Below, one piece after another: positions 13,993 through 27,065 of a stretch of 64,000 nt of DNA; the stretch's first letter is position 1, and each line of letters starts with the position of its first letter. The notes under the pieces are model-generated. The model was not told the origin of the DNA. It ran no database searches and was given only the letters and a program-made list of their open reading frames with translations. The translations under genes and the position numbers were made by a program. Origin of the DNA: Eledone cirrhosa (Eukaryota); NCBI GenBank assembly GCA_964016885.1, contig OZ024746.1:32612001-32676000 (forward strand), read 5' to 3'.

Positions 13993-14204
13993 TTTTTGAT
14001 TTAGGCAAAAGCCCAGCAATTTTGGGGGGAGGGGAAAGTCGATTAAATCGATCCCAGTACGTGACTGGTACTTTGATTTATCGAGCCCGTATTGATGAAA
14101 GGCAAAGCTAACCTCAACAGAATTTGAACTCAGAACGTAAAGGGTCGTAACTCTATGCCACGAAGTAGGGTTTCCGACGCTCTACCGATACTGCCAATCC
14201 ACCG
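13993..14204 (-). mobile_element. Nin/Deu-domain SINE (longer variant)
   Basis: GACTGGTACTT..GATGAAAGGCAAAG..ATTTGAACTCAG..CTGCCAATCCACC. Confidence 0.85.
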
Positions 14205-14231
14205 TACCAGGAAGAATATACGTCTTGAAGT

Positions 14232-14400
14232 CAAAAAGTACCAGTCTAGTACTGGGGTCGATTCTTCCTCTCTCTGGAAGAAATCTGTTGTACTTAGGCC
14301 TGGAGAGGAATGGGCTCGACCAGGCTTAACATGCCCAAGAAACGCTATATACCAATACGGTGACCCTACAGCTCTTACAGGAATTACGGCACCATACCAT
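14232..14400 (+). mobile_element. 3' part of the long-tailed SINE subfamily
   Basis: AAGTACCAGTCTAGTACTGGG..GGCCTGGAGAGGAATGGGCTC..CCCAAGAAAC is shared with 22913-23202 and 24918-25245. Confidence 0.8.
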
Positions 14401-14729
14401 CCATTCATCTGTACATATACGCCAGATGTTAATATATTGCAAAAGAATACAGAAAAAGAATGTACTTATCGTAAATTATTACAAAAAAACCGCAAATCCT
14501 ACAGCAGAGCTTAACGCTCCATTTATAAATGTGAATATTGGGACACTGCTACAGGAATCTAATTGCTTCGATCTTATCGTTTGAAGCTGGGATTCATGAA
14601 ACCAAAAGGGCCACAATTGCAAGCCATTAATGAAACTTTGAAAATATATATAAAATTGATAAATATAAATACTTATAGATATACAAATATAAGTTAAAAC
14701 ACACGTTTGCGTAAGTTAGGTGGTCAAAA

Positions 14730-15480
14730 ACGACAAGGAGAATCTGAGCATCGACAAAAATCAACTGGAGGTTTTTTTGTCCAGGGCCTATGGATAATTT
14801 CCAGAAATACATGACCAGAGAGCATTGCCGGTTCGGGATAAACTTTAAAGGTACGGAAATGCCATGATCGGGAGCTGTCGGAGATACACGCGGAGAGACG
14901 AAACTGCTCTATGAGCACTTGTACATGGGTTATAACGAATAGTTGCTATCACATGTAAAATGGATGCAGCTACCAGCTGAGTTCAATCTAAATATCATCA
15001 CGCCATCTTCCTTTGACCAGGAAGTGGGGGAGTGGCAGGCAGTTTTTATCTGTCTGTTTGCCATGATGATAAAAGTTTTGTGGCGGAGAAAAATTAAAAT
15101 GACTGAAGGCAGACAATTTCCTCCTGAAAAGAAAACTGAAGGAGGAGAAGGAGGTGTCTTCCTGCAAATTTGTTGAAAGGTGGATTAGAGTGGCGAGCAT
15201 AGTCCAAGAGAACGAGTCTGCTTTCCGTATGTAGCACTAGGAGGACAAACAGCTGAAGGCATTTACCTTAATGGTCAGGGGATTTGGTTTTTGTGGGATT
15301 TTCTACTAGTATCCTTTGGAGATATCGCTCTCACCTATTGGAGAATTTTCTGTGTTACATTTTATTTTACTTATTTTGTTATTCTTTTCGTTATTTCCCC
15401 TTTACGCTTCACCTAAGCTTACAGCGTATCGTCCTGTTCCACCCTCAATATTTATGTAAGACAAAGTAGGGAATGAAAAA
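14730..15480 (+). pseudogene. old Tx1 ORF2 C-terminal relic plus 3' UTR
   Basis: Translates with stops and frameshifts as PGPMDNFQK..ALPVRDKL..DETAL.ALV..QAVFICL..FVERWIRVA, colinear with the ORF2 C-termini of the two intact Tx1 elements. Confidence 0.8.
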
Positions 15481-15499
15481 AAATCATCATCATCTCCGA

Positions 15500-15597
15500 T
15501 TCTTCTTCTTCTTCTTCTTCTTCTTCTTCTTCTTCTTCTTCTTCTTCTTCTTCTTCTTCTTCTTCTTCTTCTTCTTCTTCTTCTTCTTCTTCTTCCT
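15500..15597. repeat. (CTT)n microsatellite
   Basis: Direct reading. Confidence 0.95.
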
Positions 15598-15763
15598 TTT
15601 ACGATCACATTTGTTATAGTTGTCACAGTTCTCCATTGCTCCCGTATCGTTTCTGTCTCGACAATCTAATGTTTTCTCTATTGATTATTATATTTTTACA
15701 AGTGATTAATAGCCTGTCACACTTCAACTGATCAGCCAGTCCGTATGTACATCAGTCCGTATA

Positions 15764-16330
<567 letters not shown>

Positions 16331-16332
<2 letters not shown>

Positions 16333-16519
16333 CGGAGGAAAAGTGGTAAGGAACCAGGTGGACCATAACGCACCAAAGTACTCAATACTTGAGGTAGTAG
16401 AGTGGGTAATAGGAACCAGTAAGACCCCGACAGCTGAGCTCAAGCCGTTTCGACGGCTAATTCTGGACTGAATTAGCCGTCGAAACGGCTTGAGCTCAGC
16501 TGTCGGGGTCTTACTGGTT

Positions 16520-16523
<4 letters not shown>
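16331..16523. mobile_element. family A fold-back mini-element, copy 2
   Basis: Tail plus perfect ~55-bp arms; TA flanks. Confidence 0.85.
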
Positions 16524-16566
<43 letters not shown>

Positions 16567-16568
<2 letters not shown>

Positions 16569-16740
16569 CGAAGGAAATGTGGTAAGGAACCAGGTGGACC
16601 ATAACGCACCAAAGTACTCAATACTTAGGGTAGTAGAGTGGGTAATAGGAACGAGTAGGACCCCGACGGCTGAGCCATTTAGTCCAGAATTAGCCGTCGA
16701 AACGGCACGAGCTCAGCCGTCGGAGTCCTACTCGTTCCTA
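16567..16740. mobile_element. family A fold-back mini-element, copy 3
   Basis: Same tail, shorter left arm; TA flanks. Confidence 0.85.
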
Positions 16741-16765
16741 TATATATATATATATATACACACAT

Positions 16766-16807
<42 letters not shown>

Positions 16808-16812
16808 GTGTA

Positions 16813-16846
<34 letters not shown>

Positions 16847-16904
16847 GTGTTGTTAGGATCTTTCTCCCTTTCTGTATTTATCTATGAATTAATTCAAATG
16901 TTTA

Positions 16905-16984
<80 letters not shown>

Positions 16985-17206
16985 CATCCATACATTTTTC
17001 GCCCATCCTTCATTCACCTGTCAATCCATCTATCAATCCATTTTCTCAAATAACCATTTGTCATTTTCTATCTTCTCTCGGCCATTTCGTTATTTTTCTA
17101 TCTTGTTTGTGTGTTTGTTTGTTTGTTTGTTTCTTTCGTTTCTTTTTTTGTTTCTTTGTTTCTTCGTTTCTTTGTTTCTTTCATTTCTTTCTTTCATTTC
17201 TTTCTT

Positions 17207-17246
<40 letters not shown>

Positions 17247-17334
17247 TCGTTCGTTCTTTCTTTCTTTCGTTCTTTCTTTCTATAGAATGGTACAGAAATA
17301 CAGTCGTTAAGAACAGACACAAGAAATTAAAACA

Positions 17335-17420
<86 letters not shown>

Positions 17421-17542
17421 TAACATACATATACAAATATATTTATAGTCGTGAAACTATATCGAGGACTCAAGAACTTGGCAATACCAGATACACTAAA
17501 TTTAATATCCTGGGTTCTATTTCTACCATTTGCACAACCAAG

Positions 17543-17599
<57 letters not shown>

Positions 17600-17601
<2 letters not shown>

Positions 17602-17821
17602 CGAGGGAAAAGTGGTAAGGAACCAGGTGGACCATAACGCACCAAAGTACTCAATACTTAGGGTAGTAGAGTGGGTACTAGGAGTAAGTACGACCCCGAC
17701 GGCTGAGCTCAAGCCGTTTCGACGGCTAATTCTGTACTGAATTAGCCGTACAGAATAATCCAGTACAGAATTAGCCGTCGAAACGGCTTGAGCTCAGCCG
17801 TCGGGGTCTTACTTACTCCTA
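17600..17821. mobile_element. family A fold-back mini-element, copy 4
   Basis: Same tail and arms, with short duplicated pieces at the junction. Confidence 0.85.
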
Positions 17822-17839
17822 TATATATATATATATATA

Positions 17840-17932
17840 CCGAGCCACTGCTAAAATTTCTGTACTCAAAATATGGCGAAAGCTTTTATTTCTACTAAAT
17901 TTCAAACCACTCGCTGTTTCAAAACAAACTTA
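17840..17932 (+). mobile_element. (TA)n-embedded 3' fragment related to the tRNA-headed element at 11421-11775
   Basis: AAAATATGGCGAAAGC..ATTTCAAACCACTCGCTGTTTC versus AAAATACGGCGATAGC..ATTTCAAATCCACTCGCTATTTC. Confidence 0.7.
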
Positions 17933-18452
17933 TATATATATATGTAGAGAGAGAGAGAGAGAGAGAGAGAGTGTGTGAGAGAGAGAGAGAACTAGTTATT
18001 TGTACAGATAAAAATGAAAATAATAATTAAATAAATAAAAGTAAATTTTAGTCTTTAATAATTGATAGAATAACCGAACCCGGTATCCAACGATATAAAA
18101 TACTCCAGCAAATCAATACGTAAGTGTAAAGTAGGTAAAGCCATAAAGATTCCAATGGTGTAATATAACTTTAAAAAATGTTTAAAACTTCGCAAAGTCT
18201 CGGTGGTTTAGAGGTAGAACTGCTGGTTATATAATTATATAAGGTGAAAATGAAATAGAATTTTGCTTCTCCTGTTAACTAGAAGAAGGTAGAATGTGCT
18301 AGGAGCACCGCTCATCTTGCCAACCCTAGCTGTGGCTTTGGCTTACTTCGGCGTCGCTGCGCTAGAAGCACCGATCGCGTTGCCAACCCTAGCCATGGCC
18401 TTGTAAGCTCTATCATTGCATTGTCATCGCTTGACATTGTCCTGCTCACCTC

Positions 18453-18900
18453 TTAAGCCCCAGCGTTGTGTGTCTGGCTATGGCTTGAACTGGCATCGCT
18501 GGGCAATGCCCCGTTCGCCTCGTAAGACCTAATGTTGTGTGTCTGGCTATGGCTTGAACTGGCATAGCTGGGCAATGCCCCGTTCGCCTCGTAAGCCCTA
18601 ATGTTGTGTGTCTGGCTATGGCTTGAACTGGCATCGCTGGGCAATGCCCCGTTCGCCTCGTAAGACCTAATGTTGTGTGTCTGGCTATGGCTTGAACTGG
18701 CATCGCTGGGCAATGCCCCGTTCGCCTCGTAAGCCCTAATGTTGTGTGTCTGGCTATGGCTTGAACTGGCATCGCTGGGCAATGCCCCGTTCGCCTCGTA
18801 AGCCCTAATGTTGTGTGTCTGGCTATGGCTTGAACTGGCATCGCTGGGCAATGCCCCGTTCGCCTCGTAAGACCTAATGTTGTGTGTCTGGTTGTAGCTT
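18453..18900. repeat. 69-bp GC-rich minisatellite, about 6.3 copies
   Basis: GTTGTGTGTCTGGCTATGGCTTGAACTGGCATCGCTGGGCAATGCCCCGTTCGCCTCGTAAG(A/C)CCTAAT. Confidence 0.95.
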
Positions 18901-19220
18901 CCATTGGTTATAGCAGTCAACATCATCATCATGTATACACAAACACACGCACACACATATATATTGAGTGTGAAAATCGAAGCTCATTACTTCTATTTTG
19001 TGGATGTGTATATTACAAAATATCTTTTTTATCGGAGAATGTAAGATTTTTTTTATATATTCTATAATCCGTATTTTTACTCTATAATTTTACGGTCAAT
19101 TACGGTCAAATAGAGGGGATTTAAAAATAATTATTTATTCAATGTAAAAATTAAAATGTAGTTGTGTGTGGGCCCCTTTGTCTCTTCCTGGCAACTAATA
19201 TTTTTAGACCCAGTCCGCCA

Positions 19221-19266
<46 letters not shown>

Positions 19267-19294
19267 ACACACGCACACATACACATATATATAT

Positions 19295-19350
19295 CAGAAG
19301 ATCCCGTTAAGGGTGAAAGCAGCGATTCTTTGCTTAAACTTTAATCTGTT
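19295..19350 (+). ncRNA. 5'-truncated hammerhead-like motif between TA runs
   Basis: CAGAAGA-tCCCgttaaGGGt-GAAA-GCA..TGC-T; resembles the motif at 12728; stem I is missing. Confidence 0.45.
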
Positions 19351-19351
19351 A

Positions 19352-19412
<61 letters not shown>

Positions 19413-19419
19413 AAATATA

Positions 19420-19467
<48 letters not shown>

Positions 19468-19474
19468 AAATATA

Positions 19475-19534
<60 letters not shown>

Positions 19535-19544
19535 TTTAAATATA

Positions 19545-19598
<54 letters not shown>

Positions 19599-19849
19599 AA
19601 ATATATATATGTATATATATATATTTATATATATATATATATACATAGATGCACACACACACATGCATACATATATATCATAGATATATATATATAGATA
19701 CGTGCCTTCATAAATACATACATAAAAAGACATACGTAAGAAGACCAATTAATTATTTATATAACGTTTGATCTCAACAGTGACGTTTCATACAGACGAT
19801 TCAAGCAATAATGATGACTATGGAAATTATTACTGAAACTTATCTATGC

Positions 19850-19955
19850 AGGGTCTGTGTGACCCCTTCGTCCCATTATCTCCATGCCTTCAATTCTAAC
19901 CTTGCCAAATTGTCTGACCTCTATCTTGACAATAGTATTCAACCGCTTTGACAAT
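19850..19955 (+). pseudogene. PLE reverse transcriptase micro-fragment
   Basis: PLRPIISM..NLAK..LD..IQPL, a PLE RT-like motif read across frameshifts. Confidence 0.45.
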
Positions 19956-20644
19956 AACCCTCAAATGATCTCTATTTTTGAGTGTTAGCGTAATTTCCAT
20001 TTCGTATCTGTTTGGTCTACAAACATATATTGGAAAATATGTGTTCCTCCTTTAATCTCAAATCTGCTTCACAAGCTACAACTCACCCTCTAACTCTCCT
20101 TTTCATCTCTCTTTCTCTCCCTCTTCTCTTTCCCCCGTTTACCGTCTGTACCGTTTCAACCACCCTTCTTCTTCTTCTTCTTCTTCTTCTTCTTCTTCTT
20201 CTTCTTCTTCTTCTTCTTCTTCTTCTTCTTCTTCTTCTTCCTGTGGCGTCACTTTGACTTGATCCGTTAGAGGCCTTTTCTCCAATTACGCTTTAATGTC
20301 GTGGTTAATAAATGAGTAACCATATATACAAACCTGTATTTATATAAACCTACATATTATACATGTATGTATGTATGTATGTATGTATGTATGTATGTAT
20401 GTATGTATGTATGTATGTATGTATGTATGTACGCACGTACGTACGTACGTATGTATGTATGTGTGTGTGTGTGTATGCATACGAGTTTGGATGTGTATAT
20501 ATGTTTATGCATGTGTACATAAATTGTCGAGCTTTTGTTCGTAAGCGTGTGTTCTTTCCAGTTTAAATGCGGTTATATTGGTACCGTGTTTCCGTATATT
20601 ATCATGTATAACAATAGAGAAACACACACACACACATGTGTATA

Positions 20645-20701
<57 letters not shown>

Positions 20702-20989
20702 GTATACACACGTTACATAAATGTTCTTAACTACATGCTCTGGGTCATTTAAAGTTTCAGATATCACATATTTCTATGATATTCTTATGTGTTAAACGTT
20801 TAATATATGTATAATATATATATATATATATAATATATATATTAATATACATGTGTGTGTGTATGTATGTATGCGTGTGTTTGCGAGTGTGCAGGCTTGT
20901 GTGTAAAGCCTCTAGTCATGCGCTTTATTATATTGTGCTGTGTGTGGTATATTGTACCGCATGGTTCATCTGAAGTGCAATTAACAATA

Positions 20990-21155
20990 ACTGTTTCTAC
21001 TTTAGGCACAAGGCCAGCAATTAACCAGTGCATTACTGGTACTTTATTTTATCGAACCCCGTAAGGATGAAAGGCAAAGTCAACCTCGGCGGGATTTGAA
21101 CTCAGATCGTAAAGGGACGTAACTATGCTGGAAAACATGGCGTCCGACCCTCTAC
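20990..21155 (-). mobile_element. Nin/Deu-domain SINE
   Basis: Same family as 533-718. Confidence 0.9.
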
Positions 21156-21381
21156 TGGTCACCCACAGGATTGAGTATTGTGGGCTATTTATTTTAACCA
21201 GTGAAATGTTCTTAGTTCAAATACCAGCAATGTCAAGTTCGCAGTTCACTCTTTCCAGTCTGTGGATCACTGAAGCCGGATTAAATTCCATAGCAATATT
21301 TGATTTGGTTAGGCTGTATTCGCAGTTGATATCCTGAGGAACCAACGTACATCAGTGGAATATATGTAAAGAATATAATGG

Positions 21382-21625
21382 CTTCTGATCTAGGCATAAA
21401 GTCGATTTAATTTAAAATAAGTACCAGTCACGCACTGGAGTCGATTTAATTTACTCCCACCGACCCACAATCTCAGTGCGTGACTGGTACTTATTTTATC
21501 GACCCTGTAAGGATGAACGTCAAAGCTAACCTCGACGGGATTTGAACTCAGAACGTAAAGGGCCGTAACTACAAATTACAAAGCATGTTGTCCGATGCTC
21601 TACTGATACAGCCAATCCACCGCCT
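21382..21625 (-). mobile_element. Nin/Deu-domain SINE with internal inverted duplication
   Basis: AAAATAAGTACCAGTCACGCACTG ... CAGTGCGTGACTGGTACTTATTTT. Confidence 0.8.
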
Positions 21626-22184
21626 TATACGCGAAGACTATAATGTTATCATTTACTACGTGCGAGAGTCATCTTAGGTATTTAAGTAGACCAAAGATCT
21701 GTTACGTTCAATTCTCGTTCATATCTTAGTAGTCTATTGATGTGAAGTGTCAAACATTTTCCTGCGTTTCTGTTTTCTTATTTTCATAATCCCAAAACTA
21801 CCCGAAATATCTTGCACATTATCGATTCTACTCAAATCGCTTTTTTTCATGGCGAACCACCATTGTTGTCGACTATTGCTTCCGTCAACGAGCGCTTAAC
21901 TAATTCCCTAATCCGATTTGTGTAAGCTTTGCGCACCTGAAACGACGCGTCCAGTTTCCAGTAACCAAGTCCCTGTTTATGAAGTAATTTAAGTCGACAA
22001 TACAGTCATAAGTATGTATCATGAGTAGTCGACTACACTGAATTATGGACAACCTATGATAGCCTTATTTAATTCCCGATCTATCTATTTCCAAGGTCAG
22101 AATCCGCCATGAAATATAGTGAAAGAATAATAAAAAGGAAGAACTTGAGAAGTTAGAAAAACAAGGGAGGTGATGACAATATTC

Positions 22185-22910
22185 AGAACTTTATACCCCT
22201 GGCTGACGCCGACAACCTCTATCTTCACAGTCTTCTGTGTGAAGGGTGAGGTAGAGAAACTAAGGAAGTATATTGCTGACTGTGAAAAATGATTTTAATA
22301 GTTGTAAAAGGAGAGAAAACAACGATATGAGCAAATACGCCAACACGGTAAGTTTTTCTAAAATACTGAAGGGCTTCGTGATGAGAAGTCCTTCTGTTGG
22401 GTAAAAAGAGATCTGATGAGAGAAACAGATGACTTAGTCATAACCGCGCAGGATCAGGCAATCAAAATCATAAAGAATATGGATGAGGTAGACAACCCGG
22501 TTGCATGTAAAATATGTAGTTAAAGAGAAGAGACGATATTTCTTGTGATCTCTGAATGTAAGATGCTTGCCAAAAAAAGAAAAAAAAACTGGCGATACGA
22601 CAGTCTATCAAAATCTTACATTGGTGAAGAGGTAAAAGTTTGAACTCATATTTATGAAGAAGTTTTATTACCACAAACCAGAAATTGTTCTTGAAAACAA
22701 CCATGTAAAAGTATTATGGGACATGGAAATTCAAATGGATTAGTAAACGGAACATTCACACAACAAAGAGTAGTGTGTTGGCTAATCGATGTTGCTCACC
22801 CATTTGATACTAGAGTGGTAGACAAAATCGAAAAGTACCAAGACTTGAAACACAAAATGTAGAGAATCTGAAATTGCCACGAAGTTATTATTCTAGTTGT
22901 AATATGAGTC
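22185..22910 (+). pseudogene. decayed R4/Dong-like RLE LINE, C-terminal region
   Basis: Remnants RETDDLVITAQDQAI, CKICS.REETIFLVISECKMLA..WRYD, ENNHVKVLWDMEIQ, IDVAHPFDTRVVDKIEKYQDLK. Confidence 0.75.
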
Positions 22911-22912
22911 TT

Positions 22913-23202
22913 AGGGCGGCGAATTGGCAGAGTCATTAGAACGTCGGATAGAATGCATATTCGTTCTGGTCCTTTGCTCTTCGAGTTCAAATTCCACCGA
23001 GGTCAACTTTGCCTTTCATCTCCCGGGGTCGATAAACAAGTACCAGTTTAGTACTGGGCTGGATTCTTTCTCTCTCTGGAAGAAATCTGCTGTACTCAGG
23101 CCTGGAGAGGAATGGGCTCCGCAAGGCTTAAAATGCCCAAGAAACACCGTATGTCAATATGACACACTTATGACTCTACCAGAAGTTACGAGACCATACC
23201 AA
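22913..23202 (+). mobile_element. long-tailed Nin/Deu-domain SINE
   Basis: GGCGGCGAATTGGCAGAG head, B box, Nin core, ~140-bp distinct tail. Confidence 0.85.
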
Positions 23203-23384
23203 TATGAGTATTAAGGACAGTGGTTAGAAGTTTGAATGGTTGGTTGAAAATGTTGAATAGAAAGTTGGATTTTTTTACTTTAATTGTTTGCTGGATAGTT
23301 TGTTATCCAGCAATTTAAATACCTAAGGCTGCAGAGGAACTATGAAATACCGAGTAAAAAAAAAAAATGACAATAATCATAATA

Positions 23385-23460
23385 TGGTTTCTTTTATTGG
23401 CCACAACGGCGCTGGTGACAATACAAGGACAACGCACAGTCACGACAAAACGGACATTTA
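23385..23460 (-). mobile_element. Tx1-family 3' end fragment
   Basis: TTTTATTGGCCACAA is shared with 26820-26834. Confidence 0.5.
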
Positions 23461-24451
23461 AACAAATGTGTCTGTTAGCTTTTAATAATGATAGATTATG
23501 GTACAAAGGAAGTTTGGATGCTGTTTCTGACAAATGAAGCAACTACGTAGACACGCAAATGCTAAACTCATTGCCGCGTCGTCTCACTTTTAATTGGGAA
23601 AACGTTTAATTCAGTATAATAGATATCATATATACAATATGACATTATTAATACTTATTTCCTGACCCTGGAAGGGGGAAAGGTTAAGTCTAAAAAGAGT
23701 TGTCACGAAGAATATAGTCTTCAACGAATACGATCTCGAATGCAAACAATTTTTCAATACAAACATGATGACGATGAAGATGGTATTGTGCGGTAGTGAT
23801 AACATTGATGATGATGATATTAGCATTTATATGGTTGTTTTACTAGCGTTGCAGATGAGGGTTATTATAGTGATGGGAAGGCGACGACGACGACGACGAC
23901 GCCGCCGATGATGATGATGATGATGATGATGATGAAATTGATGACAATAACAGAGAGGATATTAGTGATTATACACCGATTGTTTGAGGACTATCATAGC
24001 GGTGAACGCGGACTGACGACGATGAAGATGAAGTGGAGGGGAAAGAAGATGTGGAGATGAAGATTAACGAAAGCGGTGGTGATGGTGCTGGTTGTGAGAT
24101 GGTGGTTGTTTCGAAGATGGAAATGTGAGATGGAAATGTTGATGATAACTTTGACTATAATGTTAATGATGATATTTTGATAATAATGTTTATGATAATT
24201 ATAATGATAACGATCTTCTACTTCTACTCTTCTACTGCTACTGCTACTACTGCTACTACTGTTGCTACTGTTGCTAATAAAGATTACGTTTTTTCTTGTT
24301 TCAAACGAATATCCGCTTTACATGACTAACCTTTGTTATAAGCAACCAACCTTGACATTAGATCACTGTCTTGGTAAACAATAAAGTAATTATACCTGTT
24401 TTGTTGTTTGTTCATTATCTTCTTGTTGATAATTTCGTGACTGATGAGTTT

Positions 24452-24519
<68 letters not shown>

Positions 24520-24555
24520 ATATATATATGCAAATATATGTATGTGTATGTATGT

Positions 24556-24586
<31 letters not shown>

Positions 24587-24917
24587 AATGTGTGTGAGTG
24601 TGTATGTATATATTTAATGATTAAGTTTGTTTTACATAATAAAGTGTTTAATATAACTGTGCTTGCGTGTGTAACTTATATTTTTGATATATATGAGTAA
24701 ATTTGATAGTACATTTACCAATATATAAACTTATGTACGTCTTGGATTTTAGAAATAAAGAACTGGTTTCTAATCTAGATGCAAGGCTTATTGGAATTTA
24801 GACAGCATCAAGCTAGTAATGTGTATGTCCCCCAAATAAATATGTGTTTATGCATACATTGTATGTGTGCAAACTACTATGTTTTGGTTGGTTTATGTAT
24901 TTGTACATATACATAAA

Positions 24918-25245
24918 TGGCGGCGAATTGACAGAGTCATTAGAACTTCGGATAGAATGCTTTATTGTATTCATTCCAGCTCTCTGCTGTCTGAGTTCAA
25001 ATCCTCCTGAGGTCAACTTTGTCTTTCATCCTGATATAAAAATACCAGTCTAGTACTAGGCTCGATTCCTCCTCTATATCTCATCTTCATTTCCTCTCTC
25101 TCACTTTCTATATTTCTCTAGAAGAAATCTCCTCTTCTCAAGCCTGAAGAGGGATGGGCTCTGCCAGGCTTAAAATACTCCAAGAAACGCCGCATGTCAA
25201 TACAGTGCCCCTACGATTCTATCAGGAGTTACGAGACCATACCAC
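24918..25245 (+). mobile_element. long-tailed Nin/Deu-domain SINE
   Basis: Colinear with 22913-23202. Confidence 0.85.
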
Positions 25246-25299
25246 CACGACATATACATATGTACCTCGGCACGAACAATTTGGGATTAAGCGTTTCGG

Positions 25300-25490
25300 G
25301 TGTGTGCCCGTAACATAAGATTTCATATTTTTGGTACAGCAATGTCCGATTTTGACAGATTTCCTATTGAAGATTGTCCTGTAGTTATGACCGATTGAGA
25401 CGTGTTGTTTCATAGTGCTAAGAACGTTTTACCTATATTATGTTTGTCATTAAGGGAGAAGTGCAGTGTGAAGAGAAATGATCTTCCTAT
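25300..25490 (-). pseudogene. PLE (Neptune-like) RT-EN linker fragment
   Basis: FSLNDKHNIGKTFLAL/KQHVSIGHNYRTIFNRKSVKIGHCCTKNMKSYV matches the PLE motif F..N...NIGK.FL....HF...H....IFNR..VK.SYSC..N. Confidence 0.7.
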
Positions 25491-25697
25491 GGCATTATTG
25501 TAGTAGGAGGCTGCCGTATCAAAAATATTTCTTTTGGCAGAAAGATAGGAGGCCCTTTTAATTATATTGGATATTAGTTTTTTAAAATCTGTGTATGGTA
25601 GCTTGGGATGAAAATAACGTTTAATTCCAATCTCATATCACAGTTCTCTCCCCCTTTAGATATTCAATATATAACTACGCTCTCCCTCCCTCTCTCT

Positions 25698-25747
<50 letters not shown>

Positions 25748-25816
25748 ACATACAATAGTGTCGGTGATTAACTAACACATTTTACTAAACACACACACGT
25801 ATATATATATATATAT

Positions 25817-26006
25817 AACGAAGGAAGTGTGGTAAGGAACCAGATGGACCATAACGCACCAGAGTACTCAATACTTAGGGTAGTAGAGTGGGTAATAGGA
25901 AAATGTTTATCCCCGACGGCAGAGCTCAAGCCGTTTCGACGGCTATTTCTGCTCCAGAATTAGCCGTCGAAACGGCTTGAGCTCAGCCGTCGGGGTCCTA
26001 CTCGTT

Positions 26007-26010
<4 letters not shown>
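25817..26010. mobile_element. family A fold-back mini-element, copy 5 (arms from different variants)
   Basis: Same tail; left arm AGGAAAATGTTTATCCCC versus right arm GGGGTCCTACTCGTTCC. Confidence 0.85.
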
Positions 26011-26046
<36 letters not shown>

Positions 26047-26552
26047 CACACACATATGCATATATATGAAAAGTAAAATTTTTCGCAAAGATTCGGCCTG
26101 AGTAGTTTCTTCTGTTACCTTCTTTTGCACTGGCATTCTCACTCTAGCGTTTGTTCTTTGTTTTTTTTTTCTTTTTTCTCTCTCTCCTCTATCCCCCGCC
26201 CCTCCCCATCTCTCTTCGGTGGCAAATTTGACGAATAGCTAGAATGTTGGATAGGATAACTGACATAATGTCTTCTCAAACGTTGAATTTAAACCCCGCC
26301 TAGATCGACTTTGCTGACATCCACTCAATGTCGATACATAAACTATCACAGAAACATTCGGGGCCGTTTCTACTACCTCTACCCTCTCCTCACCCTCTTT
26401 CTCTCTCACTCGGAATTTGTTACGCTGAAGGGGTCAAGAAGAAAGTATCGTTTATATCGCGGTCCTATCAATCCTTTCCATATCAGTCCATAGAATCACT
26501 AGGAAAGGAGGAAAACACTTCTCTCAATACCAGTAAATCTATTAGTGCGCTC

Positions 26553-26740
<188 letters not shown>

Positions 26741-27065
26741 TTAGTGCACCCCAGATTTAAATTCCCTCTCTTTTGTCTTCTTTGGTATAACTATAATAAT
26801 AATAATAATAATGATTTCATTTATTGGCCACAAGGGCCGACATATAGGGGACAACACAATAGACAGGGACAGTGGGGGTTTACATAGAGATCGAGTAAGT
26901 ATAAATAACAAAAAAACAAAATAACAATAAAAATACAACAATGAAAGTTCCCCAATAAGAGGGATCACCACCCAGGGTTGGCTCAAGCACCCCACCAGTC
27001 CTGAGCCACCCGACGCTCCTAGGGCACCCGGGAAGGGCACCCCTCTCCTTCTCGAATTCACCAGC

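Noticed and set aside
18446-18956. Repeat-protein ORFs
   Set aside because: Open in two frames only because the 69-bp unit lacks stops
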